From Saccostrea cucullata (Eukaryota), in the NCBI RefSeq assembly GCF_032062105.1, contig NW_026931074.1, positions 217,587-281,586 on the forward strand: a DNA stretch of 64,000 nt, read 5' to 3'. Made by a program: the position numbers and the translations under genes. A model generated the notes under the pieces. It did no database searches and had not been told where the DNA came from. It saw nothing but the letters and a program-made list of their open reading frames with translations. Positions 50,225 through 63,286 of the stretch are shown one piece after another (position 1 is the stretch's first letter; every line of letters starts with the position of its first letter).

Positions 50225-51850
50225 ATCAGTCACATTATGCAACAATGGGGTATACGATGAGAAACCGATGCGTTTTTTGATAAAAATGGCGTGTTTGCCG
50301 GCTGGACACCTATAGTAATCGAACGTTGACTGAGGCCATTTGGCGAATCGGTGGGGGTCATGGTCGACCGACGTACGAACGATGTTTACCAATGTATGAG
50401 CGATGTAATATACAACGGCCGGTAACCCTGGAACATCGATTTATCATTAGCAATGCATCGCTTGGCCTTTGTAATTCCGACCGGCAACCATGCCATTTTT
50501 ATCAAAAAACGCATTGGTTGCCCATCGTATACCCCTTCGCTGGATAATGTGACTGATACATTAAGGACTACTAGGCCGATGTGGACCGATGTTGGGGCAT
50601 CGCTCACACCACGAATTACCACTGATTACCACCGGTTTACGGCCACCGGCCGGGAAATTTGACTAAGGCATTAGGTTGGGTTGAATTTTGACTGACATGT
50701 TGCATTCTGATTTCCAGAACTTTCAGTCTAACTTTGGCATATTCACCTGATACAGAGGGATCACAGCAGGTGTACTGGTCGACAGGGGATGCCCACACCT
50801 CTTATGCCTAGGTCACATTTAAGCCGATGGTCGGGTGACTAAATTTTTCTGGTCTTGTCGGCTGAAAAACATGATCGGTCGACACGAGTATTGGGCGACA
50901 CGGAGCAGTCACATTAATTCCTAGGAACACCGATGACTTGGATAAATAACACAACAAATCTTTTTTCTTTAGAAATCAGCAATATTTTTCATAGATCTAT
51001 ATTCAGATAGGTGATGTGAGTGATGTTTGCAAGGCACAGTGGTAGCTTTTTGTAAGATTGTAGCTCAGTGTTAAATCAAGATTTCTTTCTGTCTTACGGA
51101 TTAATTATCTAATGTTATTTCCATTTAAAAATATATATCAATCCATGCATCAACATTTTGTTTGTATTGTGAATCCTTTATGCCTAGGTCACATTTCCCG
51201 GCCGGTAGCCGCAGACCGGTGGTAATCGTTGGTAATCCGTGGTGTTAATGATGCCCCAACATCGGTCCACATCGGCCTAGTAGTCCTCACAGAATCAGTC
51301 ACATTATCCAGCGATGGGTATTCGATGGGCAACCAATGCCTTTTATGATAAAAATGGCGTGGTTGCCGGCCGGACTTTCAAAGGCCCAGCGAAGCATTGC
51401 TAATCATAAAACGATGTTCCAGGATAATCGACCGATGTGTATTACATCGCTCATACATTGGTGAACATCGTTCGAACATCGGTTGACTACGGACCAATGT
51501 CTGGTCGAACATCGACCGATGATCGGCCGTTATCTGTTGGACACCACTCAACCCCCCAATGACCTCAGATTCAACGGATATTGGACGATGCTTGGCCATA
51601 CATCGGCCGATCCGTGAAAGATGTGTTAATGATGGGTTGCCGATGAGGAGCAATGTGAGGCATCGTTGGAGACATCGCTGAATTTTAACTACGAATTATT
51701 TCTTACCGATGACCCCACCGATTCGCAAAATGGCCTCAGTCACCTTCCGATCACTAGTGGTGCCCGGCCGGCAACCACGCCATTTTCATCAAAAAACGCA
51801 TCGGTTTCTCATCGTATACCCTATCGCTGGATAATGTGACTGATACTTTA
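50225..51850. repeat. Cluster of at least 5 full or partial copies of the ~330-bp CGATCG/CCGATG-rich element (LINE 3'UTR-related) in both orientations, forming several long inverted repeats
   Basis: Module A (atcagtcacattatccagcRatggggtaWWcgatgRgaaaccRatgcgttttttgataaaaatggYgtgKttgccgg) lies at 50225-50300 (+), 50480-50570 (-), 51300-51385 (+) and 51780-51850 (-), and also at 49790-49860 (-). Segment 50360-50470 is the reverse complement of 51395-51500. Segment 50575-50660 is the reverse complement of 51195-51290. Direct copies of cctYttatgcctaggtcacattt lie at 50795 and 51175. The ORFs 50027..50662 and 51378..51653 are artefacts. Confidence 0.6.
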
Positions 51851-52859
51851 TAGATTAAATATTCACAAGTCGGCCAATCGTCGCCCGATCATCGAGCTCT
51901 GAGCTACAGTTTAATTTTAACCGTCGGCCGAAATTTTTGAAACCCTTATTGTCAAACGACGGACGACCGACTTAAGAAACTGATCGCCGATGGTCGGACG
52001 ATGATCGAAGGTTAGTCGACGGATAACTTAAATAGAAGAAATCGGCCACCGACGCAGAAAAATTATAACTTGGACCGATGGACACAAAAAAGAGGTCAAA
52101 ATCGGACAAGACAACGGCCGATGAACCGCCGACTGCCACCCGAAGAATCCCATTTTTGCTTCAAAAACCGTCGGCCGTTGGTCGTTTTTGGAAATGTGAC
52201 TGGGGTTTTAAGCACCTTGATCCAACCGCTTGTATTTTCAGGGGAATGTAGCTTTGCTGCTCCGACCCATTTGAAAAAAAATATTTGGTCGGGAGATGGG
52301 AAGCAAACATTTTAATTATCGATGGCGTAATTTCTCTAAATCTACATGTGAAATAGAATATTGAAGGATTGTCCATTTGTAGTTAATTTTGCTTCGTAAA
52401 TGGTAAAATAGAGCATTGAACTAGGCCCTTAGAATAACAATGTTTATTATTGATATAGTTGTATAATTTTTTAGGTCTTGTCTGGTTGTTCCTTGCAGAA
52501 TTATACAATGTTTCCATTTTCAGAAAAAGTAGGAAAGATGGCAAAGAAAGCTGTATTTTTTAAAAGTGATGACACTTTTTTGTGTATTAGGATGTGTTAT
52601 CCGTATCTGGATGATATCTGGATCCATATCTGGATATTCATACCTATTCTTTATTTTTTTTAATGTGGTTTACGATCTGTTGATAAGTTGTGTGAGAAAA
52701 TGTGTTTTATTAACATGTAAAACATTATTGACAAAATTTGCTTGTGAAACACTGACAGCTTTTGGCGAAGGTTGAATTTCTCAAATGCATGTCAAACTCC
52801 AAGGTTAATGTCATAAGGTAAAGGAAAATATTTATATCTATGGAAAGGACTTGCCACAA

Positions 52860-54464
52860 TGTTATGAAAGCCCTAGCACAAACTGTTCAAAAGTTATGTC
52901 CAAGGTTAAAGTTAGGAAAATTCTTCCAAATTAGGACAAACTCTAAGGTCAAGAGATGAAATATTTTGTTACCAAAAGGCTTCTTCAAAATGAATACTAA
53001 TGTGACTGAAATAAAAGAACCATAGCTAAAACCATCAGAAGTTATCGGCAATGTTAAAGTTTTGGTGGACAAACAAAGAAACCCACTGACAGAGCATAAT
53101 TTATATACCCCGAACATTGATATGAGGGTGGGGGTAAAACACGTCATTAGTATATACTAACATTAAAGGGGCATAGACACAGTTTCAGCTAAAACTTTTC
53201 AAATTTATTTTTCCATTTTTACAAATTAACTAAGGTCTTTCTAATGATCATCAAAAATACTCAAGTAGTCGAGATACAAGACAGATTTAGAGCTCCAAAC
53301 TTATGTTATGTAAACAGGGTCCGTGTCATGGTTTGTTTACATAGATTAATATACTAGCATATGTTCGTTCACAGCAGATAATTTCAATGAAGAAGTTAAT
53401 TCTAAATACAATTAGACAGTTTCTAGTGATTTGCTGAATTTCATTGTGTTATCAATAAGATATTTTCTATATGTAAACAATAAAAGGCACGAGCCCTGAT
53501 TACATTTTGAAGAATTTTAAGTTCTGTATCTCGTTTGTTAATCAAGAAATGATGTTCAAATTTTTGCTGATCATTAGATAATGCCTTGATTAGGAATTGT
53601 AAGCATTAAAATTGGTTTAAAAAATTCAGTTGAAACTGTGTCCATGTCCCTTTAATATGTTTCGTATATACAAAAAAATAGTAGTCTTCTAAGAATCAAT
53701 TCAATTATCTTAATTCAAATACAGGTTAGACATATTTTTCAATCGATGTAGGATTTATAACATTTCTTGAGTAGTGCATTTATGTCAATAAAAATACCAT
53801 ACCCACTTATATTTCATATATAAATGTAATGAAGTAGATCAAATCAATATGAGGAAATATTGAGGTTGCAAGCGAAAACAAGATTTGTTTGTGAAACTCA
53901 AGTTTCTCAACTGCAAGTCATATTCCAGGGTTAAGATCAGGAAATGAAAAAATGTTAATCAAAGAGAGGATTCTTCTTGATAATCATACCATTGACATAT
54001 GAAAGTCCAACCACCAACTGTTCAAAGGTTATGGCCAAGATTAAACTTTTTAAAATATAGGTCAAACTCAAAGGGTCAACGGTCAATTTAATGGTACCTA
54101 GGGGAATGCTTTGTCATTAGCAGTATAGAAAAACCTTAGCACTAACTGTTCAAAAGTTTTGACCAAGGTTAAGGTTTTCAAAAGAATGTCAAATTCCAAG
54201 GCAAGGTCAAAATTATTGGTATTTAAACAAAGGTCTTGTCACAAGGAATACATCTGTGAAATATTGAGGCCCTAATACTAACTATTTAAAAGTTTTGACC
54301 AATGTTAGCGTTTTTTATTTAAGTTGGCCAAACTCGAAGGTCAAGGCTTAAAGGTAAAAGTAATATCTATATCCTTGGAAAGGTCTTGTCAGAATAAGTA
54401 CGTATATGTGAAAGATGAAAGCCATAGCTCCATTTGTTCAGAAGTCATGACAAAGGTTAAAATT

Positions 54465-54495
<31 letters not shown>

Positions 54496-55450
54496 GCAAA
54501 AATCAAATATGTTGGCATCCAAAGGAAGACTTTGTCACAAGGAATGCACATGTGAAATATGAAGGCTATAGTCTAAGAAATGTTATGAGTAAGATTATAG
54601 TTTTTAAAGACAAACATACAGACATACGGACGAAAAAGCAAAAACTTTATACTCCCGAATTTTCGATAATGGGGACATAAAACAATGTGAGGAGAGTGGA
54701 AATTTATCACTAGATTTTCACAAATTAAAGATGGCAGCTTACTACAAAATTAAGCATCAGACACAAACATACAAAACCTTTTTGTTGCACAACTTTGAAT
54801 GGTTGAAATATGAAGATAATGAACAGATCAAAAATTCATTCAGATATATATACATGTAGTAAAGTGAGAGCATATACAGAGAGCATGGACCCCACAAATG
54901 GGATCAAATTCCATGAAGGAGTAAGCATCCCCTGTCAAGTGATAGCACCTGAACCGAGTGAACGTGGGAACAATGACATTTTAAACAAGATGTGTTTGTG
55001 GAACACTGATGCCCCTGTATGGCAGCTGATGGCGAGGATTGAAGAGTCTCAAATGTAAGTCAAACTCCAAGGTCAAAGGGCCAAACTTGTTGGTATCCAA
55101 AGCCAGGAAGATCTTGCCACAAGGAATTTAATTGTGAAATAAAAAATTCCTAGTAGTGCTCGCTGTTCAAAATATTTGGTCAAGGTTAAAATTTGGTCAA
55201 ACTCTAAGGTCAAGGTTAAATCGTCCAACTTGTTGGTATCTAAAGGTAGGTCTTGTCACAATGAATACACTTGTGAAATACCGTATGAAAGCCCTAGATT
55301 ACCTGTTTAAAAGTTATGGCCAGATGAAGTTTTTTAAAAATTATTTTCCAGGGTAAAGGCCAAGAGGCCAAATTTATTGACACCCAAAGAAAGGTTTTGT
55401 CACATGTGAAATATGAAAACCATAGCTTAAACCACTCAAAAGTTATGGGC
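52860..55450. repeat. Array of ~110-125-bp tandem or sub-tandem repeats (aactgttcaaaagttatgRccaaggttaaRgtt..aaa...gtcaaactccaaggtcaag...) forming the left arm of the large palindrome
   Basis: Recognisable units start near 52865, 53975, 54120, 54240, 54400, 55060, 55140 and 55280. A T28 tract lies at 54468-54495. The same family occurs in the opposite orientation at 57040-58220, and one more copy lies at 61840-62230. Confidence 0.65.
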
Positions 55451-55765
55451 AAGAATAAAGGTTTTGCGGACAAACTAACAAATAGACAGACGAAGAGGGC
55501 AAAAATATATATTCCTTATCCTCGGTTAAATGCGCATAAAATTAATTTCAAAACGTGTGTAAACGCAAGAAAGGTTAGAGATGAATGTGGAATTGATACC
55601 GGGTATTACATTCATGTAAAAGGTTTTTAATTGAAATTCTGCGTTATAAAATGGAAATACTCATTTAGTGTCAATGGGAATTAGCAAAGATTGGAAGATT
55701 TTTCTTCAAAGACGGCATATACTGTATACTATTGTTAGTGAGAGACTCCAGAACCTTTATGTCTC
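54400..55765. repeat. Left arm of a ~1.35-kb-arm inverted repeat (partner 56790-58125)
   Basis: Several segments match the reverse complement of the right arm: 55641-55765 with 56790-56915 at about 90% identity, 55560-55640 with 56930-57040, 55470-55530 with 57041-57120, and 54820-55075 with 57340-57600 at more than 90%. The spacer 55766-56789 is about 1 kb of unique sequence. Confidence 0.8.
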
Positions 55766-56789
55766 AAGGTAATAGAAGTAGTGCGTAAAGATTCACTGTG
55801 ATTTTTTTTTCGCCAAATATTTCTTTCCAGATGGAAAATCAAAAGATATGACCATTTTGTTGTCTATTTTTATTGAAGAATCAAGTTGATGGTCCAATTT
55901 TATTTGAAATAAAAAAAAAGATTATCACATGAAATTACCACAACTTTTCAAATACAGTGTACCAATATGTTGTTGGGAATAAACTTTAATAAGTTTCTCC
56001 TCCATTGTTTTTAATTCTTTTCCTGAAGATCTAGAGTTAAGATAAAGACTTGGTAGATCATTTACTAGAATCCGAAATGTATCTCTTTGCAGGAATATTA
56101 ATGAGGGTTAGAAATCTAGTATAGGTATGCTAATTCAAATATAATACTGGTATAATTTTGAGAGAGAAAATGTCTCCGTTTAAAAGGGAGGAAATTTTAA
56201 TATAAGCTAGAAAACTACTTGAAAAAGAAAAATATCCTGTAAAAATAAGCTCCAAACAAACAACGATTTTGTCTATAGCAAGTGGAACCAAAATATACCG
56301 ATTTTGTCTTTGAAATCTAGCAAGTAGAACCAGAACATACTGATACTAGAATTAATTACATATGATTTTTTATTCATTCTGGATTTTTGAGGACAGAATA
56401 GATTATATATATTGTTCCCTAACTACGAGATTCAAATATCCACCTTACTCTTTATTGCTTGACGTTTGGCCCATCCTTCGACATAAAACGTAATCAAACT
56501 TTGCATTTCTACATGTACGAGATGCCATTGTCTTAAAACATGACAAAGTTTGCGGTGTACTTTAAGAAAGAAAGATAATTATAGGTTGTAAGTCTGTAAA
56601 TATTTATACACTGGGTAATGATGATTTTTTTCCTCTTCAATTTGTATAAACCTCCAATACCTTATATGAAATAATCATTTTACTCTTATAATGTTTAGCC
56701 AACCTACATTGTATTCACGTAATTTTTGAAGTCAAACATTTCTTTGTCAGTCATTTCAGCCCTACACAATTTGTTCGTAATCGCCAGGA

Positions 56790-57940
56790 AAGAATTCATC
56801 ATGACCTTGAGACATAAAGGTTCTGAAGTCTCTCACTAACAATAGTATATATGCCGTCTTTGAAGAAAATTCTTCCAGTCTTTTCTCATTCCCATTGACA
56901 TTGAATGAGTATTTGCATTTCAAAAACCAGAATTTAAATTAAAAACCTTCTACATGAATGTAATATCAATTCGACATTCAGTTCTAACCTTTTTGCATTT
57001 ACAACTTGTCATAAATTAGAATGTTGACTGATGTTTTGTGCCCTTGAAATCGAGGATTCGGGGTATATAGCTTTTGCCCCGTCTGTCCATCTGTCTGTTT
57101 GTTTATCCACAAAAACTCAAACCTTGTCCGTAGCTTTTGAGTGGTTATAGAGTTATGGCTTTCAGATTTCAGTTGTGTATGCAATTTTCCAAATTTGACC
57201 TCTTGACCTTTACCTTGGAGTTTTACCCACTTTCGCAAAAAAAAATTACCAAACTTTATCCTTGGTCATAACTTTAAATAGTTAGTCTAGGGCTTTCATA
57301 TTTCTCAGATGTGTTCCTTGTGACAAGAATCTTCCTTTGGATGCCAACGACCTTGGAGTTTGACTTACATTGGAGTCTCTTCAATCCTCGCCATCGGCTG
57401 CCATACAGGGGGATCAGTGTTCCACAAACACATCTTGTTTAAAATGTCATTGTTTCCACTTCACTCGGTTCAGGTGCTATCACTTGACAGGAGATGCTTA
57501 CTCCTTCATGGTATCTGATCCCCTCTGTGATGTCTTGAGGCTCTCTCTATGCGTTGTCACTTTACTCTATCTGAATGGATTTTTTTTCAAAGTACGGGCA
57601 ACAAAATTTTACATTGTTTGTGTCTGATGCTAAATTTTGTACTAAGCTGCTGTCTTTAATTTGCTAATAAGCCGGTGATAAATTTCTTTTAATAGCCATT
57701 GCTTTTTTTATGTCCACGTTATCGTAGATTCAGGAGTATATAGTTTTTGCCCTTTCCGTCCCTCCTTTTTTTCTGTTTTCCTGTTTATCCATATCTGTTC
57801 GTCTGTTTTTCCACAAAAACTATAACCTCACTCATAATTTTCGTTAGAGCTATGGCTTTCATATTTCACATGTGTATTCCTCACGACTAAGCCTTTCTTT
57901 TGGTACCAACATATTTGACCTTGGAGTTTGACACTTTTGC

Positions 57941-57972
<32 letters not shown>

Positions 57973-58125
57973 GCCATTACTTCTTAACAGTTAGAGCTAT
58001 GGCTTTCATCTTTCACATATGTACCGTATTTATTCTAGCAAGACATATACAAGGATATAGATATTTTTTACCCTTGACGTCCGACTTTGAGCAACTTCAA
58101 AATAAACTTTAACTTTGGTCATAAC
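56790..58125. repeat. Right arm of the giant inverted repeat, ending with an A30 tract (57938-57967) and 120-bp family subrepeats
   Basis: See the left arm. The right arm carries gagtctcttcaatcctcgccatc...ttgtttatccacaaaaactYaaacc, which is the reverse complement of left-arm segments, plus two copies of gctatggctttcatatttcacatgtgta. Confidence 0.8.
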
Positions 58126-59109
58126 TTTTGAGCAGTTACAGTAGTTATAGGCTAGGGGGCCATCATATTTCACACATGAATTCCTGTTGACAAAATTTTG
58201 TTTAGGTACAAAAAATTATGATCTTAACCTTGGACTCGGATATTTTCCATAAACTTTAGGACAACAATTAAACAAACAATTTCTTTATACTGACCAATAT
58301 TAATGAATTTCGCCCATATTTTATATGATTTGAAATTCTGTCAAGATCCGGTGGTTTGTTACATTAAAGTCCACTGATTGCTTTCGATGTTTCGGATTTA
58401 GAGATTTGAAAATCTAGTTCACTAAAACATGTCCGAACCTCTAATTGAAAAACCTTCTTTTCTAAAATAGCAATTCTTTGTTTAAATGAATCTTCAACAA
58501 TATTTAACAATAAGAAATGTGTCAATCGGCATAAGGCAGATACTGTAAAATCACATATTTTGAGGGGTCAATTTTTCGTGGTTTGAGGAAAAAATATGAG
58601 TCCGCCAGAATCGCTGAGTTGTTATATTTGTGAAAAATTGCATTTCACAGTGGACATAAATTCATGGGTCTCTTCATACCCGCAAAACCACGAAAATTAA
58701 ACCCCCACTAAAATTAGTTATGTCAGTATTGCATTCCCATTATCTATTGACTTTTTGTTAATGACGTGATTTTCTGTGTCAGGATTTTTGTGTACTGTGT
58801 GATTTTTATGTCGATCTAAATGACTAGGACTAGACGCGGTAGACAAGGGATGATTGCTTCTCCTGGGCACCTGATCTAGCCTCTGCAATTCTTGAGTTAT
58901 TTGTATTGTTTGAAGTTTATATGAGATCGATCCTTGTTCGTTCTTACCCTTTATCATGAAAGAAAATCTCTGAAAATAACATTTTAAAGATATATACATT
59001 TTATGTACATTAAGGACAGAAGTATGATATCTTTGTAAAAATGTTATTTTCAACAATCTATCTTTAAATTTTAATGTGTACATGTTATTATGACAATAGG
59101 AAAACACAC

Positions 59110-59215
59110 TGTAAAACGAAATATACTAGCTGCAGAAACTCTAACGTTTTGATTATATATAAAACCATATAACGCTACAGTTTCTGCAGCTAACAAAATA
59201 CACCAGCCTGAAAGC
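59110..59215. repeat. Short palindrome (22-bp arms, 36-bp loop)
   Basis: atactagctgcagaaactctaacgtt ... aacgctacagtttctgcagctaac. The arms share the ctgcag-containing motif also present in the TIRs at 60552-61122. Confidence 0.5.
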
Positions 59216-60551
59216 AAGCATCTGTGGTGAAATAAGTTTATTCAGATTAATTTTTTGTAATGAAAACAATATATTTTGCCAAAATTTAAAAAAGAAATTC
59301 CAGGATACAAGTGTAGTCTCAAATAAAATCAAATCCTCAAAAGGCTCAGCTACATTAAAATTTTGTACAATGAAAACCAATATATAAGTCTATGTTCTTC
59401 GATTTTTTTTTTTTAAATGCGGCATAATCTGTAATTATTAGGAAAGAAATTTTTTCCTTGCTTTCGAAAAGGATAAATTTTAGTGTATATCCTGTACAAC
59501 TGATGATATCCTCAACTCGACTTCCGTGAGCTTAATGATATACGTAAACGAGATCATTCTGCAGGAAGTAATATGACGTCAAAAGTTCTGGAGGGAATGT
59601 TATCCTGTTAATTGTATTAAAAAATACATGTATTCATTTCTCTCATCTTCTGTTTGTAAATATGTAGTGACTACATAGTTTGAATAGAAATAATTAAAGG
59701 AATTATATTCTACTTCGTGCATGGTTTTTTTTCTTGACTTAAAAATGGAGGTTGTTGGAACACTGGGAAAAATATCTATACCCGACACCAATTTGCGTCT
59801 TAGTTTACAACCTGTCTCAATAACCCAGAAATGTCGCAATCAATAGAGAAAAAGACAAATATAAACCGGTCTTTATAACTTAAAAGTCGGAAATATTTGA
59901 AATTGAAAAAAAATGATCCAAACGGCAAGGTTCTCTGTTTGATCTTGAACTTAAAGGAATGACGACAACTTGTTACTAGAAATTCTACTTTTTAGCCTGC
60001 ATGGCACAGTGGTTCTAGCGTTTGCTCTAGAATCGAGGAGTATAAAGGTTTTTATAAATGTAGATTTAGTTATTCTATAAACAAGTTAGGTGCCTGTGAA
60101 GATCTGTATCAGTGTGTTCATAAGAATTTGATGTTACTTTTATAGAAATTATGATCAAGGGATTTTTATTTATAAATACCTCTTGTACCTGTGAATTTAT
60201 TTTCAGAAAATGTTCCGAATATTCGACTGTCGAATAATACAATCGAATATTCGACTAAGAAAAATAATTATTTTCAATATAATGTCATCTGTAGTCTATA
60301 AATTGGGCCAGTCCAAGCTTTTTGTATGTTAAGTGTTCAAGGTCTGTGTTTGCCTTTGTTTTGACACCTTATATTGGGGGGGGGGGGGGTCAAAATCAGG
60401 AGACCTGCAATTGATTACCAGATTCTGGTCGAAATGTTTGGATCTGTCTACAAAATGTCCTGTTAAGTACATTTTAAGCATTTCATACCTTGATAAAATA
60501 AAGTCCGTGGTATAATTTTTTTTATGTGTGTGTTTTTGCGAATAGGTTTTT

Positions 60552-61122
60552 GAAAGATGGGTGGACGCTAGCTGCAGAACTGTAGCTCTCCGAAATTATA
60601 TTTTGACAGACCGAAGAGCTACAGTGCCACCCATTGAAAAAAACTATATTTATTGCGCACAAAAAAGTGCGCTGTTTCTCGGTTTATTTCTCCATGGTTT
60701 TGAAACTTTAACATCAAAATATTACTAACCTTGTGATCCTAACATACCCCTGGTATTCTTTCACTGTTTCCACAAAAAACATTCCTTATAATTGTTATCA
60801 ATAGCCCTCCTTGCCCTGGAATTGAGATGATCGAAAATTTCGCCCATTTATACTGCCATTTTTGTTTGCAAGATAATTCGGTCCAACGCGCTTCGTACAG
60901 TTGTAAACTAAGAGAGTACTTGATAGAGAAGTAAGGACCCTTTTGAAATTTAGCTTTGTTGCCATTGAGGTAAGAATTTGGAAGAATTAATCCAGAACCA
61001 AGCGCAAATTTTTGTGCGCAATAAATATACAGTTTTTTCAATGGGTGGCACTGTAGCTCTCTGGTCTGTCAACATATTTTTTTTCGGAGAGCTACAGTTC
61101 TGCAGCTAGGTGGACGCAAAAC
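60552..61122. mobile_element. MITE or foldback element (about 570 bp) with ~130-bp terminal inverted repeats
   Basis: The left arm ggtggacgctagctgcagaactgtagctctccgaaattatattttgacagaccgaagagctacagtgccacccattgaaaaaaactatatttattgcgcacaaaaa (60552-60665) is the reverse complement of 61000-61122 (tttttgtgcgcaataaatatacagttttttcaatgggtggcactgtagctctctggtctgtcaacatattttttttcggagagctacagttctgcagctaggtggacgc). It has no coding capacity. Confidence 0.65.
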
Positions 61123-63286
61123 AGAAAGAAACTTGGAATAACCTTAAGATGTTTTGGAAGCACGGAAACCGAAATTCATTCAGCTGTTTTCGGTTCGATA
61201 CAGTTTGTTTCCGGAAAGTAAAATGACCTAAATGAACTATACAATTAGCATCTATATTAAAAAAAACCCTTTATATTAGACTTTCATTAAAAGTTTGTGA
61301 ATCTGATTCGACGAGAAACACTTGTTAAAGACACTATAGTACTGTTACTCAATGATAAAACCAAGTATACGTCCTTCAGTTGACAATGGTAAAAAATTTC
61401 AGTGTAAACCTCAGATTCATATGCATTGAATGAAAACATCCCAGTTCGCAGTTTTTCATAGAATAACTAATTAGTAATTCTTAAAGAAGAAAAATGGCAA
61501 AAACCGCATATATTCCCTGGGAAACATATTAGCACCCAGACTAACCAACGACTGCGTTTTCAATCTATCATTATAACCCAGAAATGTCGTAATCAATGCT
61601 ACAATGACACCTTTTCTGTCATTGTAATATGAATTAATATTGACTTTGTACTCAAGGGGGAGAAAGTTTTCTCTTCTTTTAAAGACAAACGACCGATTGA
61701 ACATCTGCACACTATGGGACCCAAGGGCCACAAAGCTAACCTGCAGTCAATAATCAAGCTCGATCGCCGAAATAGAGTTGTAATTATATATTTAATTATA
61801 TATATATACTAAATGTTGATTCGGGAGGGGAATGTTCATTTATTTTAGCCTGACTCTCTGTCTAGCTTTTTGTTTGTCCACATAAACTTTAACATTGTCT
61901 TTATCTTTTGAATAATTAGGTTAAGATTTTTATATTTCTGTGTATGTTTGTGAATGTCTTGTGACAACACCTTAATTTGAGTACCAAATTTAACATTCAT
62001 GATCTTTTAACTTTGGAGTTTTTACTACTTTTCAGAAATATTAACCTTACCTTTAAGTCTTAGATAGTTTGTTTTTTGGTTTTCATAAAACTTTTGTGTT
62101 TTGTGACAGAACCTTTCTTTGGATACTAACAATTTTACGTCTTGGTTTGACCTTGGAGTTTAACCTTCATTTGAAAATCTTACCTTGGCCATTAGCTGTC
62201 ACGGGAGCATCAGTGTTTATTTTTCTGTTAATAGACACACTTTTAGGGTAGGTTGGGATTGTTTCGCTGTATCATCATTATGATAAGGTTGGTTTTTTTA
62301 AATTATGAGTTATCATTAATTTTCTTAGTTCATTTTGAATAATAAATAAAAATAATAAAGGAGTTTCTCTTCCTTTTCACAACAGTGTAGTTGTGTGTGT
62401 GTTCTTTAAAAAGAATAAAACAGATATATTTAAACATTAGATGTTTGGATGAATTCTCTTGTCTGTTAAAGGTTTTTGCAAATGGCATTTGTATTTCTAA
62501 ATTTACACTGATGTCTAGCGGTGAAATCAAATCAACGTTATGTGGAGGGTACATTTGTTAATTAATTTTACTGTATCACCTGTTCAAAGATATTAAATGG
62601 GTCAGGTATAGGTAGGACTGACTATCATCTTCACAACTCACGTCAGCTGCATCTTCAAGAGACGACATCGATATGTATTTTTATGTAATAAGATATTTGT
62701 ACACACTATTTCAATTAAGCGATTCAAAACTCAACTGTACCCATTTAGTTCATTTGAATACACGTGCAAATGAAACAAGATATGTTTGTGAAACTCTGGT
62801 GCCCTCTATAGCAGTTTAAATTCTCAACTCTGACACAGGTCATTGCATCACAAAACGCAGTTTCACAGTTTGTATCACCTTTTTAGCAGAAATCCGAAAA
62901 TAGAAAATACCCAGAAAATTTGTGGAACGCATACGAGTTAGAATATAGGTCCTATAGTTGCCAATATCTGCCATAATTACTCTACATACCGTTAAGAGTA
63001 TCACCAGGAATACTATCAAGGTAAAGTACATATGTATTTTTTAATCAGTGGTTATATAAAAGTGAATAGTGACATTCTTAATTTTTATAAATATATAATT
63101 AAGCATAACAAACTGTTCAAAGTATGTACACCTGAAGACAGATTATAAAATCCAGAAAGCGCTTGTGATACAGTAATTTTGAAACTGTGCTTTTTTCCGC
63201 TATTATAATTATTTTTACTGTGTAACATCAACTTTTGAATTATATGTATCGTTGATCGTCTGATGACTACTTGGTTAAATTTATAG

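Noticed and set aside
54810-55058. 82-aa ORF (MKIMNRSKIHSDIYTCSKVRAY...) and the mirrored 85-aa ORF at 57370..57627
   Set aside because: They lie at corresponding positions in the two arms of the inverted repeat, on opposite strands. They therefore read different frames or strands of the same sequence, and neither has a recognisable motif.
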